64,000 bases of DNA from assembly GCA_964188305.1 (NCBI GenBank), contig OZ076885.1, one strand, 5' to 3'. A program made the position numbers and the translations under genes. Within the stretch, counting starts at the first letter, position 1; each line of letters opens with the position of its first letter. Positions 46,881 through 58,432 of the stretch are shown here, one piece after another. The DNA comes from Podarcis bocagei (lineage: Eukaryota). Under the pieces are notes generated by a model that worked only from the letters and a program-made list of their open reading frames with translations, was not told the DNA's origin and did no database searches.

Positions 46881-47165
46881 CTGGACCTACAATGGACTTA
46901 AGCGGATTTAAAGATGGACTGGAGGTTATTGTTCCAGATCCCGTCAAAATACGTGTTCCTATTACTGGCTATCCAGTCCCAACTGCCACATGGTCTGTCG
47001 GCGACAAAGTTTTAGAACAGGGTGACCGGGTGAAAATTGACACGTCTGCAGCCTTTGCAGAGCTTGTTATTACCCCAAGTGAACGGCCAGACAAAGGCAT
47101 CTATACCTTGAAATTAGAAAACCCTGTGTCATCTGTATCAGGAGAAATCAATGTTAATGTCATTG
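46881..47165 (+). CDS. TTN: TTN Ig I109
   Basis: GPTMDLSGFKDGLEVIVP..INVNVI. Confidence 0.95.
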
Positions 47166-47274
47166 GTGAGCAATCCAGTATATATTCTGAAGAATTGTAT
47201 ATAACCTGTTTTGTAAATAACCATGTGTGTAAAATCCAAAAGTTTCAACAAGCCAAATTTGTTATTAATAGCAC

Positions 47275-47436
47275 CATAGGAGCCAACTCCTAGGGCCCAA
47301 GGTCTCTTCACCCCCCCCCCAAAAAAAAAAAATCTGACGGGGATGGTCCTTCCCAAAGTTGATGGATGTGTGTTCGATTGTGTGGGGCAGGGCTTATCTG
47401 GGCCTCCCCAATATTTTATTCAAGTTGGCACCCCTG
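47275..47436. mobile_element. hAT-type MITE
   Basis: TIR cataggagccaact / agttggcacccctg; TSD AATAGCAC/AATAGTAC. Confidence 0.8.
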
Positions 47437-47768
47437 AATAGTACTAAACAACAGCAGCATGTTTATTTATTAAATTTATGTGCTGCTTTTCCTCCCAAGA
47501 GAGCCTAGGTTGGCAACTTCTATTGTACCATTTTGTTATGAAACCCTATAATACAACGGAGATCATAAACTTAGCTGTTAACAATTAACAGTCTGTCCTA
47601 AGAATGCTTACTCAGAAGTAAGAATCCTTCTTTCTTTCTTTTTTAAAATGAAGCATGAATTAAAATCTAGTAGGTGTAACCAAACAGCCAAAGTCTTCCA
47701 TCAAAGAAAGAATAAGTAATATATATATATAATAATTGGTTTATAATATGATGGGTATTTATTTTTAG

Positions 47769-47920
47769 CTCGCCCAAGCGCACCAAGAGAACTACAAATT
47801 GGAGAGATAACTAGGAACTCAGTCCAATTAAATTGGGAAGTTCCTGAAGATGATGGAGGAAGCCCATTGACTGGCTATCTTATTGAAAAGCGTGAAGTGA
47901 GCCGCAAAACATGGGTCAAG
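47769..47920 (+). CDS. TTN: TTN Fn3 I110, 5' half
   Basis: ARPSAPRELQIGEITR..RKTWVK. Confidence 0.94.
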
Positions 47921-48051
47921 GTACGCAGTTTCTTTAAAAAACCAAAACACCTATATTTCTAATATGTATTGCTGAAGATGGTATGAAATATTCTGGTGCT
48001 TGCTATGGGGAAAAAAGTTCTGTAATTACTTGGAACCTCTCTTGTTTTTAG

Positions 48052-48199
48052 GTGATCGACAACGTCCTTGACCAAGAGTTCACTGTACCAGATCTGGTTC
48101 AAGGAAAAGAATATTTGTTCAGGGTCTCAGCATGTAACAAATGTGGACCAGGAGAGCCTGCTTACATTGATGAGCCTGTCAACATGTCAGCACCTGCTA
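48052..48199 (+). CDS. TTN: TTN Fn3 I110, 3' half
   Basis: VIDNVLDQEFTVPDLVQGKEYLFRV..MSAPA. Confidence 0.94.
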
Positions 48200-48466
48200 G
48201 TGAGTTTTCTTAATTAACTATTCCTATTGATTTTGTATATCTGCATTTTACATAGTAACTTGTGCTATGCAACATAAGTATTGAAAGAAAGCAAGGAGCA
48301 GAGTTTGAATCAATAAGGGTTTGGTATGGCTTACCTGTTGTATTAGAAAAACTGAGGCTTGGATCCAAAGATGCATAATTGGAACTATGTGCAAAAAAAA
48401 ATCCACACACACCCTCTTCTGCACTGCAGCCCTCAGTACCCACTGAAGAGCTGCTACTTAGTATTA

Positions 48467-48823
48467 AAATAAAAGGTAAAGTGACCCCTGACCATTAGGT
48501 CCAGTCGTGACTGACTCTGGGGTTGTGGCGCTCATCTTGCTTTATTGGCCGAGGGAGCCGTCGTACAGCTTCTGGGACATGTGGCCAGCATGACTAAGCC
48601 GCTTCTGGTGAACCAGAGCAGCGCACAGAAACGCCGTTTACCTTCCTGTTGGAGCGGTACCTATTTATCTACTTGCACTTTGACATGCTTTCGAACTGCT
48701 AGGTTAGCAGGAGCAGGGACCGAGCAACGGGAGCTCACCCCGTCGCGGGGATTCGAACCACCAACCTTCTGAACGGCAAGTCCTAGGCTCTGTGGTTTAA
48801 CCCACAATGCCACCTGCGTCCCT
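48467..48823 (-). mobile_element. Sauria SINE (full length)
   Basis: Paralogous to 43360-43699; TSD CTTAGTATTA (48457-48466, 48826-48835). Confidence 0.93.
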
Positions 48824-49034
48824 TGCTTAGTATTAGTGGACCCTCAATTGACAGAAAGCAGGGAGCTACCTTGCACAAATGGGTCTTTTCTGTTGTGCAG
48901 GGTACTTGTTGGATACCAACCAATGTGAGAAGAGCACCCCAGAGACAGTAAAGAATTAAAAAAACTAAGACACACTATAAGGCACACACTATATGCAAGA
49001 CAATTATACATGTTCTTTCCTCCCCACCTTGCAG

Positions 49035-49212
49035 CGGTGCCTGATCCACCAGAGAATGTGAAATGGAGGGATCCAACATCTAAGTCCATTTTCCTCACAT
49101 GGGATCCACCTAAGTATGATGGCGGTTCTCGTATCAAAGGCTACCTGGTTGAAAAATGCCAGCGTGGCACTGACAAATGGGAGCCCTGTGGTGAGCCAGT
49201 CATTGAGACAAA
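49035..49212 (+). CDS. TTN: TTN Fn3 I111, 5' half
   Basis: VPDPPENVKW..PVIETK. Confidence 0.94.
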
Positions 49213-49304
49213 GTAAGAGCTTGCAGTATGAAGAAAAATGTTTTACAAAATTGGATGGTTACATTTAAACACGCAGTACGCTGAACTTGTTTTCTGATTA
49301 ACAG

Positions 49305-49426
49305 AATGGAAGTAACAAAACTTAAGGAAGGAGAATGGTATGCTTATCGCGTGAAGGCTCTGAACAGGCAAGGGGCAAGTAAACCAAGCAAGCCAACAGA
49401 TGAAATCCAGGCTGTGGATGCAATGG
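49305..49426 (+). CDS. TTN: TTN Fn3 I111, 3' half
   Basis: MEVTKLKEGEWYAYRVKALNRQG..AVDAM. Confidence 0.94.
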
Positions 49427-49558
49427 GTAATTTTTGATTTCCCACTCATACTTAATCTATACTCTTGAAAACACTGTGAATGTGTTTCTGCTGTTAACGC
49501 TTCTGTGCACAGTTGCGTGTTCTTTTTTAACAATATGTCGATTCTTCTCTCAAATCAG

Positions 49559-49846
49559 AGGCCCCTGAGATTTTCCTAGATGTGAAACTGCTTGCTGGAA
49601 TCACTGTCAAAGCTGGAACTAAGATAGAGCTGCCGGCAAGGGTAAATGGAAAGCCTGAGCCACGGATTAGCTGGACAAAAGCTGAACAGACCCTGAGACC
49701 CGATAAAAGAATAACCATTGAATCCAAACCTAACCAGTCCACAGTCATAATAACAGAGAGCAAGAGAAGTGATAGCGGCACCTATATTATTGAAGCCGTA
49801 AATGCCAGCGGTCGGGCAACAGCTACAGTTGAAGTTAATGTCCTAG
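49559..49846 (+). CDS. TTN: TTN Ig I112
   Basis: EAPEIFLDVKLLAGITVKAG..VEVNVL. Confidence 0.95.
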
Positions 49847-49937
49847 GTATGTTTTGTTTCCATAGAAATAACTTTCAATGTTTTCCTAACAAAATATTTG
49901 AATAGAAGAGGTTCAAACTACTGTTATGCTTCCACAG

Positions 49938-50234
49938 ATAAGCCTGGCCCACCAGCTGCATTTGATATCTCCGACATTACAAACGTATCTTGTGCTTTGG
50001 CTTGGAATCCTCCTAGAGACGACGGCGGCTCCAGAATCACGAACTACGTTCTGGAACAAAGAGCTGCAGACAGTGAAGTGTGGCACAAACTATCATCCAC
50101 TATCAAAGAAACAAAATTCAAAGTAACAAACCTAACACCACTTAAGGAGTACATCTTCAGAGTCAGCGCAGAAAACATGTACGGAGTTGGAGAACCAGCT
50201 CAGTCCGTTCCTATCGTTGCTAAATATCCATTTG
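49938..50234 (+). CDS. TTN: TTN Fn3 I113
   Basis: DKPGPPAAFDIS..AKYPF. Confidence 0.95.
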
Positions 50235-50530
50235 GTAAGTCTATTCGCTTGACAGAAAGGGCTGCTTGTCACAAGATGGCTGCCAAGGGAGCCTGCTAGA
50301 AACTATAATGTGGTAGCCACTCCACATGGGTACCACATTGATAGGTACCACTTCTCCATGTGGGTCAGTCCCCACCATAATGTTTGTCTCCACACTATCA
50401 TTGGTGACATGGAGATAAGCCTGTGGGTAAGGGTCAGTATTTATGGCAAGCTGGTACACATAAACTGCTTGTCATGTGGAACCGGCAGCAGCCACAAAGA
50501 GACAGTTTCAAGCAGCCTCTACATGGCAAC

Positions 50531-50940
50531 TGTACGTTTCTGAGCACAATTCAAAGTGTTGGTGCTGACTTTTAAAGCCTTAAACGGCCTCGGTCCAGTA
50601 TATCTGAAGGAGCATCTCCACCCCCATCATTCTGCCCAGACACTGAGGTCCAGCACCAAGGGCCTTCTGGCGGTTCCCTCACTGTGAGAAGCCAAGTTAC
50701 AGGGAACCAGGCAGAGGGCCTTCTCGGTAGTGGCGCCCACCCTGTGGAACGCCCTCCCACCAGATGTCAAAGAGAACAACAACTACCAGACTTTTAGAAG
50801 ACATCTGAAGGCAGCCCTGTTTAGGGAAGCTTTTAGTGTTTGATGTATTGCAGTATTTTAATATTTTTTGGGAAGCCGCCCAGAGTGGCTAGGGAAGCCC
50901 AGCCAGATGGGTGGGGTATAAATAATAAATTATTATTATT
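50531..50940 (+). mobile_element. L2 LINE 3' fragment
   Basis: ..ttcaaagtgttggtgctgacttttaaagcc..gccgcccagagtggc..gggtataaataataaattattattatt. Confidence 0.85.
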
Positions 50941-51042
50941 AATTTGATGAAATGGCATTTATTGCTACAGGTGCTTCCTATTACATTTGCACACAAGGAA
51001 TTGCAAGTATGTCAATGTTCCCCTTTCTACTTCTTTGTACAG

Positions 51043-51229
51043 ATCCGCCAGGTCCTCCGACACGAGTTCAGCCTGTTGAGATCACTAAAGATTCTGTAAC
51101 CTTGACTTGGGTAGAACCAGATGAAGATGGTGGCAGCCCTATCACTGGTTATTGGGTTGAACGGTTGGACCCTGATCAAGATAAATGGGTCCGTTGCAAT
51201 AAAATCCCAGTTAAAGATACAACATTCAA
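51043..51229 (+). CDS. TTN: TTN Fn3 I114, 5' half
   Basis: DPPGPPTRVQP..KDTTFK. Confidence 0.94.
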
Positions 51230-51658
51230 GTAAGATCATTATATGTTTCGTTTTAAAAAATATATAGCTAGGTAACTGAGAAGATTGCTATTTGTTTTTA
51301 GGTAAACAGCTGACTTTTATATACTCTTGAACTTGACTCCTTGTCATGCATTCGAATAAAATATTAACTGGTGCTCTGTAATAGCATCGAATAATTGTAT
51401 TGCTATCTATACTTTGGGTCTACAATAACCATTGAAAATATCCTTACCTAAATCATGTTCATAACCATCCACCAGTGCCACTGAATAGGACAACTGTACT
51501 ATGGGTGTTATCAGTAGCACCAATTTCTGCTATGGAAACAGTAGTGGGATTGTGACTTCTGATGTGATTCTACATCACTGCAGCTGCTCATAAGATTAGT
51601 GCTGATATCAGAACTTCTTAGAGATGAATATAGTTTTCTGCTTTTTGAACTCCCAGTA

Positions 51659-51908
51659 CAGTCGTACCTCGGAAGTCAAACGGAATCCATTCCGGAAGTC
51701 TGTTCAACTTCCCAAACTTTCGGAAACCAACGTGCAGCTTCTGATTGGCTTCAGGAAGCTCCTGCAGCCAATTGGAAGCCACGGAAGCCCTGTCAGACGT
51801 TCGGGTTCCAAAAAATGTCCGCAAACCGGAACACTCACTTCCGGGTTTGCGGCGTTTGGGACCCAAAACATCCGAGTACCAAGGCATTCAAGATCCAAGG
51901 TACAACTG
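51659..51908. mobile_element. Tc1/mariner (Tigger-like) MITE
   Basis: TIR cagtcgtacctcgga / tccaaggtacaactg; TA TSD. Confidence 0.88.
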
Positions 51909-52272
51909 TAATATGAATTTCTAATACAAGCTAGGGATATTTATTACACCCAAGCATTATTCATCCTTAGAGTTTTAAGTAGTGCCAATATATATCATCT
52001 ACTAATGAATAGTACAGAAATGCAGATTATATTACATCTGACCAGTGTCTGAGACTTTCTAGTGATACAGTAATAAGAAGGTCCTTCTTCCATGTACACA
52101 GGGAGTCTCTGGTTTGGGGTGATAGTATATATTTGCTCTGAACAGTTCAAAGGTATTGATTTTTTTAATGCACGAGGTACACTTGTGATGATGCAGAGTA
52201 TTTAATTATAGTGTTAATTAGTAATAAGTATTACAAATTTTACATTTGGAGCGTTATCATCATTACTATTAG

Positions 52273-52388
52273 GGTTAAAGGTCTCACGTTCCATAAGAAG
52301 TACAAGTTCCGTGTCGTGGCAGAGAATCTTGCTGGGCCAGGAAAGCCAAGCAGAGCAACAGAGCCAGTCTTAGTGAAGGATCCTATTG
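52273..52388 (+). CDS. TTN: TTN Fn3 I114, 3' half
   Basis: VKGLTFHKKYKFRVVAENLAG..VKDPI. Confidence 0.94.
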
Positions 52389-52478
52389 GTATGAAAGCAT
52401 TTTTCTTAGATGAATTTTATAACTTACTCCAAGTCTTAATGCTGGGTTTTCTAAACCAAGTTATCAATTCCTGTCTAG

Positions 52479-52778
52479 ATCCCCCATGGCCACCCGGCAA
52501 GCCAATTGTCAAAGACGTTGCCAAGACCTCGTGTTTCTTGAACTGGACAAAGCCAGAACACGACGGCGGTGCCAAGATTGAATCGTATGTCATTGAATTG
52601 TTAAAGACTGGCACAGACGAGTGGGTGAGAGTGGCTGAAGGCATCCCCACACCAGAACACTTCCTCAAAGGGCTTATGGAGAAACAAGAATATTCCTTCC
52701 GAGTCAGAGCTGTGAACAAAGCTGGAGAGAGTGAGCCTAGCGAGCCCAGCGATCCCGTGCTATGCAAGGAGAGACTGA
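52479..52778 (+). CDS. TTN: TTN Fn3 I115
   Basis: DPPWPPGKPIV..LCKERL. Confidence 0.95.
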
Positions 52779-52816
52779 GTAAGTTGGCCATTGCATTCTG
52801 CAGGAGAGCTTCTCCT

Positions 52817-53065
52817 GAGAGCCAGTGTGGTATAGTGGTTAAGAGCAGTAGACTCGTAATCTGGGGAACCGGGTTCGCGTCTCCGCTCCTCCACATGCAG
52901 CTGCTGGGTGACCTTGGGCTAGTCACACTTCTCTGAAGTCTCTCAGCCCCACTCACCTCACAGAGTGTTTGTTGTGGGGGAGGAAGGGAAAGGAGAATGT
53001 TAGCCGCTTTGAGACTCCTTCAAGTAGTGATAAAGCGGGATATCAAATCCAAACTCTTCTTCTTC
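52817..53065 (+). mobile_element. tRNA-derived SINE (Squam3-like)
   Basis: A-box tggtatagtgg, B-box ggttcgcgtct, CORE-like gtgaccttgggctagtcac, L2-type tail ending (ttc)n. Confidence 0.85.
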
Positions 53066-53199
53066 AAGTCCCAAAAGTATCAGAAGCCTGCTCCACAGTA
53101 ACTTGGAGTGGGGCTTTCAGCGGGGCTGCCACTGTCTGTACTTGCAAAAGACAATTGAATATATTTTCGTTTCATCCTCAGTTATTCTTTGTATTGTTT

Positions 53200-53202
<3 letters not shown>

Positions 53203-53257
<55 letters not shown>

Positions 53258-53590
53258 TAATGTATTATACCCCGCCCATCTGGCCGGGCCTCCCCTGCCG
53301 CTCTGGGTGGCTCCCAACAGAATATTAAAAACATGATAAAACATCAAATATTAAAAAACCTCCCTAAAAGGGCTGCCTACAGATGTCTTCTAAAAGTCAG
53401 ATAGTTGTTTATTTCCTTGACATCTGAAGGGAGGGCGTTCCACAGGGCAGGCGCTGCTACCAAGAATGGAATCTGCCTGGTTCCCTGTAACCTCACTTCT
53501 TGCAGTGAGGGAACTGCCAGAAGGCCCTCGGCACTGGACCTCAGAGTCCAGGCTGAATGATGTGGGTGGAGATGCTCCTTCAGGTATACT
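53203..53590 (-). mobile_element. L2 LINE 3' fragment with (TAA)n tail
   Basis: Reverse complement of the 50596-50940 element family. Confidence 0.85.
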
Positions 53591-53764
53591 GTTTTTAGCT
53601 GCTTTTGTGATGTGATTGTAAATTGATATGTGACACATGTAAAAGATGATACATCAATTAATACATTATCACTAATTCATTAGAACTATGGTTTGTGTTA
53701 AGGGTGCAATGGAAACATTAAAACATATTCAAATTAATAATATTTTGCTTTAATATCGTTACAG

Positions 53765-54064
53765 ATCCTCCTTCACCGCCTCGATGGCTTGAGGTCATTA
53801 ATATCACTAAAAACACTGCAGACCTTAAATGGACAGTACCAGAACGCGACGGAGGTTCTCCTATTACAAATTACATCGTTGAAAAGAGAGACGTACGACG
53901 GAAAGGCTGGCAGACGGTTGATACTACGGTTAAGGACACCAAATATACAGTGACACCACTAACAGAAGGCTCTCTGTATGTGTTCCGTGTGGCTGCAGAA
54001 AATGCAGTGGGGCAGAGTGACTACTGTGAAATTGAGGACTCTGTTCTTGCAAAGGACACCTTCA
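53765..54064 (+). CDS. TTN: TTN Fn3 I116
   Basis: PPSPPRWLEVINITK..AKDTF. Confidence 0.95.
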
Positions 54065-54163
54065 GTAAGTTTTCAAGTGCACACACTCAGAATTCAGCTT
54101 CAACAAACTATGTCATCGTTTTTAAATTTCCGTTTTCCTAATTATCAATATTATTTAATTTAG

Positions 54164-54269
54164 CTACCCCCGGAGCACCATATGCACTTACACCAGTTGA
54201 AGTGACAAAGAGACATGTCGACCTAAAATGGGAACCGCCTAAGAATGATGGTGGCAGACCAATTCTACG
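54164..54269 (+). CDS. TTN: TTN Fn3 I117, 5' half
   Basis: TTPGAPYALTPVEVTKRHVDLKWEPPKNDGGRPILR. Confidence 0.94.
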
Positions 54270-54559
54270 GTAAAAGAGAATTGTTATTATATTTATTTTT
54301 TTGTAATCCACTTAGAGGTTCTGTTTACAATCAAGCAGCATATACATTTTTAGATAGATAGAAAGAAAGATAGAAAGAAAGATAGATACAGACAGAATAT
54401 ATTGGGAAAGAGTATAAAATCTGGGGCAGGGAGAGATGATTAATAGAGAAAATTTATTTTTAAAGGTTCCAAAGTTTATTGTGTTCATTATACACATTTA
54501 TTATCTATTAGATGAGCAATGTTTCAAATCTAAATGAACGATTCGTTCTTGATTAGATC

Positions 54560-54911
54560 TTTCTACTTGGCCTGATCTTTTATTCCCCTTCCTTCCCTCT
54601 CCCTCCCCGTTTTATGAAGATTACCCGCTCTGGATCCTGCAGCTAATTCTCCCCTGGTCTCCACACTGGCCCAAATAATTTAGCCAGCTAGCCCTGGTGA
54701 TCATCTAATGTTTATTGGATGGATTTCCCCCCTAAATTGATTTTTGAATTCTGAATTTATTGTTATTCACGTTTTATACTGTATTTTATGCTGTTTTTTG
54801 TTGCATCAATGAAGTGTTTTAGATTTGTTGTTAGCCACCCTGAGCCCAGTTTTCTGAACTGGGAAGGGCGGGGTATAAATAAAAAATTATTATTGTTGTT
54901 GTTGTTGTTGT
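54560..54911 (+). mobile_element. L2-type LINE 3' UTR remnant with (TTG)n tail
   Basis: gttagccaccctgagccc..gggaagggcggggtataaataaaaaattattattgttg. Confidence 0.6.
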
Positions 54912-54960
54912 TTGAATTGTACGGATTCATGCACCTTATAAACATCTGTTCTTCACACAG

Positions 54961-55157
54961 ATACGTTATTGAAAAGAAAGAGAAGCTTGGCACGCGCTGG
55001 GTGAAAGCTGGCAGAACATCAGGCCCTGACTGCAATTTCAGAGTGACGGATGTGATAGAAGGTACAGAGGTGCAGTTCCAGGTTCGTGCTGAAAATGAAG
55101 CCGGCTGTGGTCACCCTAGCGAACCGACTGACATCTTGGCAATTGAAGATCCAACAA
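54961..55157 (+). CDS. TTN: TTN Fn3 I117, 3' half
   Basis: YVIEKKEKLGTRWVKAG..IEDPT. Confidence 0.94.
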
Positions 55158-55249
55158 GTGAGTTACGAACATTGGAAATTATAATCAATGAAATATGTGT
55201 TGTGCCAAATAGAATGGCAGAAAATAACATTACTTATGTATTCCTGCAG

Positions 55250-55555
55250 GCCCTCCTTCACCTCCTCTGGACTTACACGTGACAGACGCAGGAAGAAAAC
55301 ACATTTCGATTGCGTGGAAACCCCCAGAGAAAAATGGCGGCAGTCCTATAATCGGATACAACATAGAACTCTGTGAAGCAGGAACTGAAAAATGGATGAG
55401 AATAAATTCTCGACCAGTCAAAGATTTGAAATACAAAGCAGAAGAAGGCGTTGTCCCTGACAAGGAATATATTCTCAGGGTCAGAGCTGTCAACGCTATA
55501 GGGGCTAGTGAGCCATCAGACATATCAGAAAACGTTTTCGCCAAAGATCCAGATT
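55250..55555 (+). CDS. TTN: TTN Fn3 I118
   Basis: PPSPPLDLHVTDAGRK..AKDPD. Confidence 0.95.
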
Positions 55556-55670
55556 GTAAGTATAGTTGTTTTCGAAACAGTCATGAAATAAATTATAAAT
55601 TGTGAAATTGCTTTGGTACACTAATTGAAATTATTTTTCTGTGTTTGTTTTTTTAAAAAAACAACAACAG

Positions 55671-55949
55671 GTAATCCAACTGTTGATATAAAGACTACAG
55701 ACCTCGTTGTGGTTGAAGGTGAAAAGTTAAGTATCCCTGTGCCCTTCAGAGCTGTTCCAACTCCAACTATTGCTTGGCATAAGAGTGGGAAGGAATTGAA
55801 AGCCGGTGACCGAACAACAATGAAGAGCGACCACATCTCTGCCTTGCTGGAAGTAACAAATGCAGTCCATGCTGATGCTGGCGTTTACACTATTACCTTG
55901 GAGAATAAATTGGGTTCAACAACTGGTACAATCAATGTCAAAGTAATAG
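55671..55949 (+). CDS. TTN: TTN Ig A1
   Basis: NPTVDIKTTDLVVVEGE..INVKVI. Confidence 0.95.
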
Positions 55950-56029
55950 GTAATTTGTTTTTCTTATATCGGCAATTATGTGAATTAGACTCATAATGGT
56001 GAATGGGTGACAAGATGCTCAGCTCTTAG

Positions 56030-56557
56030 TGTCAAGGACTGTGCTGAGGAGGGCTGCACTGAGGAGAAAGGTTGGGAGCCTCCCCCTCAGCCTCCCCATC
56101 CCCCTCCTCTGCATCCGGATCCTGAATCTTCCCAGGAGCAGGAGGAAAGTATAGATTTGGAACAGTGGTTTGCAGAGGGGCACAGTTCAGAAGGCAGAAG
56201 CTGGGAAATACTGGATAGGGAACAGCTAGGAGAAGAAACACTGGAAGAGAGAGAGTTAACAGATTCACAGTCGTTGGACAGCATTCCCCCACTGCCCTCC
56301 CCAAGGTTGAGAAGAGCAGAAAGCTGCAGAACAGAAAGCACACAAAGCACAGAGAGTACAAACTCAGATTACAAGACGTAGAAGTGACGTAGATTAATAG
56401 GGACATAAGGGGGTGGGATCCTTAATTGGGAGCACTGCCATTCCTAGGAGATGGGTTCTTTGTTCTATCACTGTGATTATTAGTTTCTAACTGGTAAGAC
56501 AGTTTTCCATTGTTTTGCTTATCTACTGCCAGGGGGGAAGAAGCTGATTCCCTGAAG
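56030..56557. mobile_element. Putative solo LTR remnant
   Basis: Abrupt purine/GC-rich block starting tgtcaagga and ending ttccctga (imperfect terminal inverted repeat); no TSD confirmed. Confidence 0.45.
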
Positions 56558-56859
56558 CCTGCTTTATTGATACATGTTGATACAATATTTTATTGATACA
56601 TTATTGATACAATAAAGCCTGCTTTAGTGATATATATTGATACTTAGCTGCTTTATTGATACATGTAATGTGAGCCAATGCTGATATCTCCATATGTCTA
56701 AATAGGGAGATAGGTCAACCTGAGGAATTGTAAATTATATATATAAATGTTTATCATCCATATGATTAGTGTGCACGAGTATATATATTCTTTTAATACA
56801 GTTTTCAAACCAATTTACTTTATTAAATGCTACATGTGTACCTATTGTTCTTCAATTAG

Positions 56860-57159
56860 GTGTGCCTGGACCATGCAATAGTATTAAGGCAAGTGAAGTA
56901 ACTAAAAATTCATGTAAAGTGACCTGGGAACCTCCAGAATTTGATGGCAACACTCCAATTTTACATTATGTGCTGGAGCGAAGAGAAGCTGGTAGGAGAA
57001 CATACATACCAGTGATGTCTGGTGAGAACAAATTGGCATGGAATGTGAAGGATCTCATACAAAATGGTGAATACTACTTCCGCGTTAAAGCTGTTAATAA
57101 AATCGGAGGAGGTGAATACATTGAACTGAGGAATCCAGTGATTGCAGAAGATCCAAAGC
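56860..57159 (+). CDS. TTN: TTN Fn3 A2
   Basis: GVPGPCNSIKAS..AEDPK. Confidence 0.95.
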
Positions 57160-57254
57160 GTAAGTTTTTTTTAATGATCATCAAGACTGAAAAAGGCAAA
57201 TGGTTTCTATGTGCCTTCTATTTATCCATTTTCTTTTAAATTTTCAATATGCAG

Positions 57255-57557
57255 AGCGTCCAGATCCACCTATTGACCTTGAGGTTCACAATCCAACTTC
57301 GAAGTCAGTAACACTCACGTGGAAACCACCATTGTATGATGGAGGAACCAAGATTATGGGCTACATTTTGGAAAAGTTAGTTAAAGGAGGAGAGAAGTGG
57401 GAAAGATGCAATGACTTTTTGGTTCCTCTTTTGACTTCTCCTGTGAAAGGTCTTGAGGAAGGCAAAGAATATCAGTTCCGTGTCCGTGCAGAGAATGCTG
57501 CCGGTGTCAGTGGACCTTCTAATGTCACTCCTCTGGTGAAAGCAGTGGATCCCATTG
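57255..57557 (+). CDS. TTN: TTN Fn3 A3
   Basis: RPDPPIDLEV..AVDPI. Confidence 0.95.
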
Positions 57558-57657
57558 GTATGTTTTGCAAACTACCTATTCATTTTTAGCAAGTGTTCAA
57601 ATTCTGCTGTATGCTACAGTATCAAATATGAACAAAACAATATTTTTATGGTTACAG

Positions 57658-58032
57658 AGGCTCCAAAAGTTTTCCTCGGCGCTAATCTGCAGGCTGGCCT
57701 TGAGGTGAAGCAAGGATCTGAGATTGCACTTGAAGCACACATTTCAGGGTCACCTTATCCAACTATCGATTGGTTATGGAATGATGAAGTTGTTAAGCCA
57801 ACAGAAATTAAGAAGAGAGTTACCAAGGTTACTAGGAAGAAGAAAGGTGAAGTTGAAGAAGATGAGCCTTTCCACTTGTCCCTGCCTGAGCGTTTGAGCA
57901 TTGACAACCACAGACAAGGAGATTCTGTACTGGTCGTTCGGGATTCAATCAGACCAGACCATGGCACATATACTATTCGAGTTGAAAACGATCACGGGGT
58001 TGCAAAAGCTTCATGTGAAGTCAATGTGTTAG
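57658..58032 (+). CDS. TTN: TTN Ig A4 (with basic/acidic insertion)
   Basis: EAPKVFLGANLQAGLEV..CEVNVL; 375 nt. Confidence 0.95.
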
Positions 58033-58129
58033 GTATGCCCTTATACATAATGGTGTGTGATACATTTTCTTCAAAAAGTTTGAAGTGATATGTGCAAAGT
58101 CGTGCTCATTATTTTTGTTTTCAAAACAG

Positions 58130-58432
58130 ATACACCGGGACCACCGATCAACTTTGTTTTTGAGGAGGTTCGTAAAAATAGCATCACTTGCAAGTGGGAG
58201 CCTCCTCTTGATGATGGCGGAAGTGAAATATTGAACTACGTCCTTGAAAAGAAAGACAACACAAAAGCCGACATTGGCTGGGTTACCGTTACTTCAACGC
58301 TTAGGCATTGCAAATATAATGTGCCTAAACTTATTGAAGGAAAGGAATACATATTCCGTGTGAAAGCTGAGAACAGAGTAGGAGCTGGACCTCCATGTCT
58401 TTCAAAACCTGTTGTAGCTCAAGATCCATTCA
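58130..58432 (+). CDS. TTN: TTN Fn3 A5
   Basis: DTPGPPINFVF..AQDPF. Confidence 0.95.

Noticed and set aside
43436-48772. Two similar 75-aa ORFs (43436-43663, 48545-48772)
   Set aside because: They are antisense readings of two Sauria SINE copies.
26138-53065. tRNA-like sequences at about 26150, 43630, 48740 and 52825
   Set aside because: These are SINE heads with LINE-derived tails, not complete cloverleaf tRNA genes.
56007-56406. 124-aa P/E-rich ORF that might be a novel titin exon
   Set aside because: There is no convincing acceptor/donor pair in phase, and it lies within an LTR-like insertion between constitutive A1 and A2 exons.
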